This document shows positions 25,831 to 32,000 of a DNA stretch of 32,000 nucleotides, one piece after another (within the stretch, counting starts at the first letter, position 1; every line of letters starts with the position of its first letter). This stretch comes from Gemmata obscuriglobus (GTDB taxonomy: Bacteria > Planctomycetota > Planctomycetia > Gemmatales > Gemmataceae), in contig NZ_CP042911.1 in NCBI RefSeq assembly GCF_008065095.1, positions 5,580,001 through 5,612,000 of the forward strand. Direction: 5' to 3'. The translations under genes and the position numbers were made by a program. The notes under the pieces are model-generated. The model made no database searches. It was not told where the DNA came from and saw only the letters and a program-made list of their open reading frames with translations.

Positions 25831-25887
25831 GCCAGCGGCGGGCCGGGCGCGCACCTTAAAACGGTGCGCGCCCGGCCCGCCGCTGGC
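25831..25887 (+). terminator. Perfect 25-bp GC-rich stem-loop immediately after the CheX-like gene stop
   Basis: GCCAGCGGCGGGCCGGGCGCGCACC (25831-25855), loop TTAAAAC (25856-25862), GGTGCGCGCCCGGCCCGCCGCTGGC (25863-25887). I verified the arms as exact reverse complements. It starts 9 nt after the stop codon (25820-25822). No U-tract follows. Confidence 0.6.
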
Positions 25888-26105
25888 ACGGAGGCGGTCC
25901 GCACCCGAAGTGCCCCCCGCCCGGCGAACCGACGGACCGAAAGCGGTACCGCCGCCCAATTCCCACACTTCATCCCTGACATCACACCCCCGCGAGCCGT
26001 GCCCCGTTTGGCTCTTGAGACCGACCGGGGCGGTTGCGTAGTCTCAACAATGGGCCACGGGCAACTTGCGCCCCGCGCCCGCCGACCCGGTTGACAACCT
26101 CTCTG

Positions 26106-29100
26106 ATGACCAAACAGCGAACGCGCGGCCCAAGCGGGGCCGCTCCGGTAGCATCGCACGGCACCGCAAACGGACCGGTCGCACACGCCCCCTTCGGACC
26201 GTGGCCGGTGCTGATCCTGTTGGGGGCGCTGTGCGCCGCGGACGACTCGGGCCGGCTCCCCCCGGGGGTGTGGGCCGCCGGGGGGCTCGCCATCGGCGCG
26301 GCCGCGGGCCTCGGGTTCGTGCGGCTCCGGCGGCACGAACCCGAGGCCCGCGCGACGGCGTACCTCCGACGGGCGATGGACGCGGTGGCAGACGCGGTGT
26401 TCGTCCTGGACCACCGGGAGCGGGTGCTCTTCGCGAACGCAGAGGCGGCCGCGCTCGCGGGGCCGCCCGCGGCCGAACTGGTCGGTCGTGAGGCGAACGC
26501 GTGCCTGCCCGCCGGGCTCGCGGACTGGCTCCGTCGGCGCGGCCCCGCGGGCCAGTCGGTCGAGGTGCCGGGGAGCGAGGGGCGGGTTTACGCCGCGCGC
26601 CGGGTCACCTGGTCCGCCGCTTCCGGGCCGCCGGGGGCGGTCGTGGTCGTGCGGGACCTCACCGACCAGAAGCGCGCGCAACAAGCGGCCGACCGGACCA
26701 CGGCGTACCTGCGCGCCGCGCTGGACCGCCTCGCCGACGGAGTCGTGGTGTCGGACGCCGCCGGGAACCTGCTGGACCTGAACCCGGCCGCGGTGCGGAT
26801 GCACGGGTACGAGCGGGTCGAACAGGCACGGCGGAACCTCGCCGCGCTCCGGGACACGTTCGTCCTGGCGCCGGTCGGCGGCCCGCCGCTGCGGTTCGAC
26901 GAATGGCCCCTCTCCCGGCTGCTGCGCGGCGAGGACGTGGGCGTGTGCGAACTGACGGTGCGGCGCACGGACGTGCCGGTCGAGCGGGTGGTACAGTACA
27001 GCGGGACCCGCGTGCCCGGCCCCGCGGGCGGCACGGAGCTGGTGGTGGTCACGAGCCACGACGTGACCGACCGGCGCCGCGCCGAGGACGAGTTGCGGGC
27101 CAGCGAGCAGCGGTTCCGGGCGTTCGCCGACCACGCCGCCGACGCGTTCTTCCTCCACGACGACCGCGGCACGGTGCTGGACGTCAACCGCCAGGCGCTC
27201 GCGTCCCTCGGGTGCGAGCGGGCCGAGCTGGTCGGCCTCTCCCCGCTCGCGTTCGACCCGGACCTCACGCCGCAGCAGCTCGCGAACAACTCCGAGCGGT
27301 TAAACGCCGGGGAGACGATCGCGTGCGAGACCCGGCACCGGCACACGTCCGGCCGGGTCTTCCCCGTCGAGCTGCGGATCCGCCCGTTCACCGCCGGCGG
27401 GCGGCGCCTCGCCGTCACCCTCGCCCGGGACGTCACCGCGCAGGTCGCGGCCCGGGCGGCGCTGCGGGCGAGCGAGGAGAGTTACCGGCTGCTGTTCGAG
27501 TGCAACCCGCTACCGATGTGGGTGTACCACACGGAAACGCTGGCGTTCCTGGCGGTCAACCCGGCGGCGGTGGCGAAGTACGGGTACACGGCGGACGAGT
27601 TCCTGGCGATGACCCTTCGGGACATCCGCCCCGCCGAGGACGCGGCGCGGCTGCCGGGCGCGGTCGCCGCGGCGGGCGGGAAGCTGTCCGACTCGGGCGT
27701 GTGGCGCCACCGACTCAAGAGCGGGGACCTGATCCAGGCCCGCATCTACTCCCACCCGCTCGAGTTCCGCGGCCGGCCCGCGCGCCTGGTCATGGCGCAG
27801 GACGTGACCGCGCAGCTCGCGGCGGAGCACGCGCTGCGGGAGAGCGAGGAGCAACTGCGGCGCACGCTGGAAGCATCGGCGACGGGGCTCTGGAGCTGGG
27901 ACCTGACCGGCGGCACGATCGCGTGGCAATCGGACCAGGTCCCCGCGTCGTTCCACCCGGGCGGGGCGTTCGACGGCACCGCACACGGGGTGGACCGGGT
28001 GCTCCACCCCGAGGACCGCGAGCGGGTGTGGGCGGCGGCCCGCCGGGCGGTCGCGGCCCGCGACCTGTTCGAGTGCGAGTTCCGGGTGGTGTTCCCGAAC
28101 GGGGGCGGGCGCTGGGTCGCGGCCCGGGGCCGCGCCGCGTACGCCGACGACGGGCGGCCGGTGCGGATGCTCGGCACCATCACCGACGTGACCGCGCGCA
28201 AGACCGCCGAGCTGGAGCTGCAGCGGACGCGGGCGGTCCTCCAGAAGCTGGTCGATCACAGCCCGGCGCTGATCTTCATGACCGGGGCGGACGGGCGGTA
28301 CCTGCTGTTCAACCCGCGGTGCGAGGCGGCGCTCGGGGTGCGGGCCGCGGACGTGCTCGGGCGGACGCCGGCCGAAGCGTTCCCGGCCCCGCTCGCGCGC
28401 AAAATCGCCGAGCGGGACGGCCACGCCCTCAGCACCGGTGTGCCCCAGGTCTCGGAAGAAACGGTACGCACCCCCGACGGGCCGACCCATTTCTCGACCG
28501 TCCGGTTCCCCGTCTCCGGCCCCGACGGGCGCGTCATCGCCCTCGGCGGGGTCGCGATCGACATCACCGCCCGGCGGCGCGCCGAGGACGACCTGCGCGC
28601 CCGCGAGGAGCTGTTCCGGCTCCTCGCCGACGAGTCCCCGCACATCATCTGGGTGAGCGACCGCGACGGGCGCCCCGAGTACACCAACGCCCGGTGGCGG
28701 GAGTACTCCGGCCGCACGGCCGACCAGGCGCGCGAGCAGGGCTGGGCGGGGGCCGTCCACCCGGACGACCGAGAACACTACCGGCGGTCCTGGCGCGAGG
28801 CGCGGGCGCGGGGGGGGGAGCACGAGGCGCAGGTGCGGCTGAAACGGGCCGACGGGGTGTACCGCTGGTTCCTCGCGCGCGCCAAGCCCGTGGGCGGGCC
28901 GGGCGGAACCCGCCGCTGGTTCGGCGCCGCCACCGACATCGAAGAGCAGAAGCAGCGCGAGGCCTCGCTGCTCCGGGCCGACGTCCAAAAGGACGCGTTC
29001 CTGGCGACCCTGGCGCACGAGCTGCGGAACCCGCTGGCCCCGATCGCCGACGTGGCCCACCTCCTGGGCTCCGGCGGGCTCGACGACGGGCGGCTGCGGG

Positions 29101-30110
29101 AGGCCGGTGCGCTGCTCGCGGGGCAGGTCCGGTTGCTCACCCGGCTGGTCGACGACCTGACGGACCTGAGCCGCGTGCGGCGCGGCGCGGTCGAACTGCG
29201 GTGCGAGCCGGTCGCGCTCGCGGACGTGATCCGAACGGCGGTCGAGACCAGCGCCCCGCACATCCGCGCCGCGGGGCACCGACTGTCGCTCGAGCGCCGC
29301 TCGGAGCCGGTGATCGTGCGCGGGGACGCGGTCAGGCTGGCGCAGGTCGTCTCGAACCTCCTGACGAACGCCGCCAAGTACACCCCGCCCGGCGGAAACG
29401 TCTGGCTCGCGCTGGACCGGGACGGAACGGAGGCGGTGGTCCGGGTGCGCGACGACGGCGCCGGCATCGACCCGGCACTGCTGCCCCGCGTGTTCGACAT
29501 GTTCGTCCAGGAGCGGCGCCTCCAGGAACAGGCCCCCGGCGGCCTGGGCGTCGGGCTGACCCTGGCGCAACAAATCGTCGAGCTGCACGGGGGGGCGATC
29601 GACGCGCGCAGCGCGGGGCCGGGCCGGGGGGCCGAGTTCGTGATCCGGCTCCCGCTCGCCGCGACGAACGAGCCGCCCCCGCCCGGCCCGCAGCCGGCGC
29701 CCGCCGGACCGCTCCGGGTGCTCGTCGTGGACGACAACGAGGCCGTCGCGCAGAGCTTCTCGTGGGTCCTGTCGGGGTGCGGGCACACCGTTGCGGTGGC
29801 GCACGACGGCCCGCGCGCGCTCGCGTTGGTGCGCGAGTTCCGCCCCGACGCGGTGCTCCTCGACCTCGGGCTACCGGGGACGAACGGCTGCGGGGTGGCG
29901 CAGGCGATCCGGGAACTGCCGGAGGGGGTCGGGGCGCTGCTCGTGGCCGTCACCGGGTGGGGAACGGAGGACGACCGCCGGCAGACGCGCGGGGCCGGCT
30001 TCGACCACCACCTCACGAAGCCGGTGAACCATCAGGAGCTGACAGCACTCCTGGCAACCGTCTCACGGCAGCACGGCCAAGCGGCAACAGTTCGGAACAC
30101 GTCCGGGTAA
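26106..30110 (+). CDS. Hybrid sensor histidine kinase: 2 short TM segments, 7 tandem PAS domains, HisKA, HATPase_c, C-terminal receiver
   Basis: ATG 26106 (the track start 26034 is a TTG). Seven PAS units are each closed by a D(V/I/L)T..(K/R)..E boundary (RDLTDQKRAQQ, HDVTDRRRAEDEL, RDVTAQVAARAAL, QDVTAQLAAEHAL, TDVTARKTAELEL, IDITARRRAEDDL, TDIEEQKQREASL). The H-box FLATLAHELRNPL places His at nt 29016-29018. N box is NLLTNAAKY, G1 is DDGAGI and G2 is GGLGVGL. The receiver has VVDDNE, LLDLGLPG (Asp at nt 29862-29864), VAVTGWG and HLTKP. Confidence 0.92.
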   Translation: MTKQRTRGPSGAAPVASHGTANGPVAHAPFGPWPVLILLGALCAADDSGRLPPGVWAAGGLAIGAAAGLGFVRLRRHEPEARATAYLRRAMDAVADAVFVLDHRERVLFANAEAAALAGPPAAELVGREANACLPAGLADWLRRRGPAGQSVEVPGSEGRVYAARRVTWSAASGPPGAVVVVRDLTDQKRAQQAADRTTAYLRAALDRLADGVVVSDAAGNLLDLNPAAVRMHGYERVEQARRNLAALRDTFVLAPVGGPPLRFDEWPLSRLLRGEDVGVCELTVRRTDVPVERVVQYSGTRVPGPAGGTELVVVTSHDVTDRRRAEDELRASEQRFRAFADHAADAFFLHDDRGTVLDVNRQALASLGCERAELVGLSPLAFDPDLTPQQLANNSERLNAGETIACETRHRHTSGRVFPVELRIRPFTAGGRRLAVTLARDVTAQVAARAALRASEESYRLLFECNPLPMWVYHTETLAFLAVNPAAVAKYGYTADEFLAMTLRDIRPAEDAARLPGAVAAAGGKLSDSGVWRHRLKSGDLIQARIYSHPLEFRGRPARLVMAQDVTAQLAAEHALRESEEQLRRTLEASATGLWSWDLTGGTIAWQSDQVPASFHPGGAFDGTAHGVDRVLHPEDRERVWAAARRAVAARDLFECEFRVVFPNGGGRWVAARGRAAYADDGRPVRMLGTITDVTARKTAELELQRTRAVLQKLVDHSPALIFMTGADGRYLLFNPRCEAALGVRAADVLGRTPAEAFPAPLARKIAERDGHALSTGVPQVSEETVRTPDGPTHFSTVRFPVSGPDGRVIALGGVAIDITARRRAEDDLRAREELFRLLADESPHIIWVSDRDGRPEYTNARWREYSGRTADQAREQGWAGAVHPDDREHYRRSWREARARGGEHEAQVRLKRADGVYRWFLARAKPVGGPGGTRRWFGAATDIEEQKQREASLLRADVQKDAFLATLAHELRNPLAPIADVAHLLGSGGLDDGRLREAGALLAGQVRLLTRLVDDLTDLSRVRRGAVELRCEPVALADVIRTAVETSAPHIRAAGHRLSLERRSEPVIVRGDAVRLAQVVSNLLTNAAKYTPPGGNVWLALDRDGTEAVVRVRDDGAGIDPALLPRVFDMFVQERRLQEQAPGGLGVGLTLAQQIVELHGGAIDARSAGPGRGAEFVIRLPLAATNEPPPPGPQPAPAGPLRVLVVDDNEAVAQSFSWVLSGCGHTVAVAHDGPRALALVREFRPDAVLLDLGLPGTNGCGVAQAIRELPEGVGALLVAVTGWGTEDDRRQTRGAGFDHHLTKPVNHQELTALLATVSRQHGQAATVRNTSG

Positions 30111-30398
30111 ATGGGCGACCGTCTTGATCGCCGCCACAGCGAGGCCGGTGCAACACAAATGACGTTCACCCGCCCCGCACCGAGCCCAGCGACGTGAATA
30201 CAAGCGGCAACCGCTGCTGCCTTCAAGACGCCGGGCGGGTCGTGGTCGAACCGCCGATATCAGCCCTTCCAGTTGCTCACATCATTGGGGTTGCGGAATC
30301 GACTTCAACTCGTTTCCGGCTGCCATCGGACCGCCCCTCGCCGACATCCCGATCACCCACGCCGACAAGCGGGCGCCTCGTGAACCTTCAGGACTGCG

Positions 30399-30493
30399 AG
30401 TCAAAAGTCGTCAAGTCAGCAAGTCGTACAGTCACAAACCATCATTATCACTGGATTTGTGACTGTACGACTTTCGACGATCGGACTTTTGAC
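30399..30493. repeat. Low-GC nested palindrome (18-bp inner and 10-bp outer stems) carrying AGTC repeats with about 8-nt period
   Basis: The inner arms 30421-30438 (AAGTCGTACAGTCACAAA) and 30456-30473 are exact reverse complements, with a 17-nt loop. The outer arms are GTCAAAAGTC (30400-30409) and GACTTTTGAC (30484-30493). AGTC starts at 30399, 30406, 30414, 30422 and 30430. A further AGTCGTA copy lies at 30521-30527. Confidence 0.7.
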
Positions 30494-30591
30494 CCGAAGC
30501 TCTTCAGCTCCAGACATTTGAGTCGTATCGCCACTGGCCGGTAGGGTCCACAACCGGTGAGCAATCGGAACTTCCGCGCACCACCTCTTCA

Positions 30592-31665
30592 CTACGGCAG
30601 GGGTACGTCTTTGAACTCGAACGGTACGGTCACATCGGCGAGTGGCGCGGGCGTTTCGTACACGAGCGCCCACCCTTTCCCGGTCGGGTTAGCGAACCCC
30701 GCCTTCGCGTTCTCGTCGAACCGATGGATGACGCGCAGCGGGCTCGTCTGTTCCGGCTGCGGAATCTCGTACTCGTCGATCGTTACGAAGTTCCCGTCCG
30801 GCGAGCGGAGCCGCAGCCGGTTGTCGCGGAGCCACGGTTGCCCCTCGAAGCTCTGAAACACCGGCTGCCCGGACGGGTAACCGAGTTCCAGCACGACCTC
30901 CCATGTGTTGCCTTTCTTTTGAAGCTTTTTTAGCGCGCCCGTCACGCCTCCCAACGTTTGCGGCGGCGGCAGCGCTCCACCGGGCGCCTCGAACTTAAAC
31001 TCCAGCAGCCGGTCGGCGACGGTCGCGTGAAACGCCCCCGCGAGCGCGGTCAGACGCTGGGCCGTCCGCGGGACGCCCTCGATCTGCACTTTCATCTCGG
31101 CGGTCGCGCCGGACGGAAGCACCTGGGCCGACCCGCCCGTGTCCCGGAGTTTCGACCCCCGGTCGTCGGTCACCTTGCTGACCCGCGGCGTGGTGTCGAT
31201 CCGGTACACCTTCAGTCGCGGCTCCCAATGGGCCAGCAAGGCGACCTCGTGGAACGTGGCGCCCGCGTCGAGCAGCGCGCGGCCGGTGACCCCCTTCGCG
31301 ACCACCCGGAACGGACCGCTCGTAGCGGCGATCTCTTTCGAGTCGCCGCGCGGGAGCAGTTCCACCCGCGCCCCGCTCTCGCGCACCACGATCCGTGCGC
31401 CCGACGTGTCGGCGCTCTGCTGCAACGCGGACCAGAACGGCGCCTTGTCGAACGCGGCCCCGCACTTGGCGTTGACAAGCAACGGCGGTACCGCGATCGG
31501 CACCCCGGACTGCTTCGACAACTCCGCGACGACCTCTCCCAGCGGCGCGCCGGCCTTGGCGAACGTCACGGCGGTCGGGGCCGGAACCGGCGGCTTCGAC
31601 GGTTCCGCCGCGGCCAGCGCCATGAGGGTGCCGAGAGTGAGGGGTATAATGGGCAGCAAGCGCAT
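30592..31665 (-). CDS. Secreted hypothetical protein (357 aa) with an N-terminal STN-like module
   Basis: ATG = complement of 31663-31665. It gives MRLLPIIPLTLGTLMALAAAEPSKPP (signal peptide), then VTFAKAGAPLGEVVAELSKQSGVPIAVPPLL...FWSALQQSADTSGARIVVRESGARVELL. The rest is beta-rich with no recognised family. GC3 is high throughout. The track start at 31722 adds 19 residues. Confidence 0.7.
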   Translation of the reverse strand: MRLLPIIPLTLGTLMALAAAEPSKPPVPAPTAVTFAKAGAPLGEVVAELSKQSGVPIAVPPLLVNAKCGAAFDKAPFWSALQQSADTSGARIVVRESGARVELLPRGDSKEIAATSGPFRVVAKGVTGRALLDAGATFHEVALLAHWEPRLKVYRIDTTPRVSKVTDDRGSKLRDTGGSAQVLPSGATAEMKVQIEGVPRTAQRLTALAGAFHATVADRLLEFKFEAPGGALPPPQTLGGVTGALKKLQKKGNTWEVVLELGYPSGQPVFQSFEGQPWLRDNRLRLRSPDGNFVTIDEYEIPQPEQTSPLRVIHRFDENAKAGFANPTGKGWALVYETPAPLADVTVPFEFKDVPLP

Positions 31666-31800
31666 GCGTGGCTCCCGGTCTCGGGCGGCGTCCGGTCGTA
31701 TAGACGACGCGGAAGGACCCACCTATCCTAACCTTGCTAGAAGAGCCGAGCCACTCGCGGTTCCTGCCCTGCCATCCGCCCGCTCACGAGGACGTTGTCG

Positions 31801-32000
31801 ATGCTCGTCACCCCCGACGTGTTGGCACACACCAGCGCTCGACTCCCCGACGACGTGGACCCGCAGGAAACGACCGAATGGCTCGACGCGATGGAGGCCG
31901 TACTCAAGCACGGCGGTCCGGAGCGGGCGAAGTTCCTGCTCGAGACGCTGATCGCCGCGACCGAGCGCGGCGGGGCAAAAATGCCCGGCGGGATCACGAC
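31801..32000 (+). CDS. aceE: Pyruvate dehydrogenase E1 component (AceE-type, homodimeric), N-terminal 66 codons; continues past the right window edge
   Basis: Absent from the ORF track because it is open at the window edge. My translation from ATG 31801 gives MLVTPDVLAHTSARLPDDVDPQETTEWLDAMEAVLKHGGPERAKFLLETLIAATERGGAKMPGGIT. This matches the conserved AceE N-terminus pattern (D-x-DP-x-ET-x-EW/DWL-x-A/S...G..RA.FL/YL). GAGGA lies 9 nt upstream. Confidence 0.8.
   Translation, partial: MLVTPDVLAHTSARLPDDVDPQETTEWLDAMEAVLKHGGPERAKFLLETLIAATERGGAKMPGGIT

Noticed and set aside
26501-30127. 1208-aa same-strand ORF in the +2 frame of the hybrid kinase, and 764-aa antisense ORF 27510..29804
   Set aside because: The +2 frame begins its codons at sense position 3 (rarely T), which again suppresses stops. 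The product is extreme Arg/Gly/Pro/Ala low complexity. All PAS, H-box, N/G-box and receiver motifs are in the 26106..30110 frame.
23800-30260. tRNA-like strings (GGTTCGCTC near 23832; GGTCGAACC near 30245) in the long intergenic regions
   Set aside because: The flanking bases do not form a T-arm stem, and no acceptor, D or anticodon arms can be drawn. These are not tRNAs.
30194-30544. 116-aa ORF (GTG start) spanning the AGTC-periodic palindrome, with a Cys/His-containing peptide (HHYHWICDC)
   Set aside because: GC3 is only moderate by my hand count (well below neighbouring genes). The ORF runs straight through both arms of an 18-bp hairpin, so the peptide is dictated by the palindrome. I see no RBS and no family resemblance. 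It stays noted because the region itself is unexplained.
23572-30562. 12-nt inverted match GCTCACCGGTTG (23572-23583) / CAACCGGTGAGC (30551-30562) in the two intergenic regions bracketing the CheX-like and kinase genes, a possible terminal inverted repeat of an inserted module
   Set aside because: The match is only 12 nt with no extension on either side, and it contains the self-complementary ACCGGT core. There are no flanking direct repeats, no transposase or integrase, and no visible compositional break in the enclosed genes. I found it post hoc. It could be tested by comparing the locus with relatives that lack the two genes.
1-32000. Searched by eye for CRISPR repeats, tandem repeats, IS/transposase/integrase genes, toxin-antitoxin pairs, restriction-modification or other defence-type genes
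   Set aside because: None found. Every long ORF is accounted for by envelope, transport, signalling or metabolic functions, and no regularly spaced direct repeats are visible.

Overview
High-GC bacterial chromosomal segment in which third codon positions are almost always G/C. Gene content and style fit a Planctomycetota (Gemmata-like) genome, but that placement is inference only. I can support 15 protein-coding genes, two of them cut by the window edges, plus several strong RNA hairpins. I found no rRNA, tRNA, CRISPR array, transposase, integrase or recognisable defence gene. Gene order: Wza-like polysaccharide-export lipoprotein (partial, -), giant AsmA/TamB-like envelope protein (-), O-methyltransferase (+), FdhD (+), small His-rich exported protein (+), RND adaptor (+), CzcA-type heavy-metal RND pump (+), ABC exporter (-), small ORF (-), 2.8k-aa cyclic beta-1,2-glucan synthase (-), cytidine deaminase (-), CheX-like/TM/TPR/STN-like fusion protein (+), 7-PAS hybrid histidine kinase (+), secreted hypothetical protein (-), AceE start (+). 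The very long extra ORFs in the track (up to about 1200 aa, antisense or frame-shifted) are high-GC shadow ORFs. The most interesting candidate is a membrane-anchored CheX-type phosphatase with an intact D-x3-E-x2-N motif. It is fused to a large extracytoplasmic module and sits directly upstream of a hybrid kinase with a complete receiver domain. Secondary candidates are: (a) an ndvB/chvB-like glucan synthase, small ORF, terminator and ABC exporter cluster; (b) a His-rich small protein heading a CzcBA pair with no outer-membrane factor or regulator nearby; (c) a low-GC, AGTC-periodic, roughly 95-nt nested palindrome in an overlong convergent intergenic region. All family calls were made by eye from motifs. 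No HMM or BLAST search was possible.
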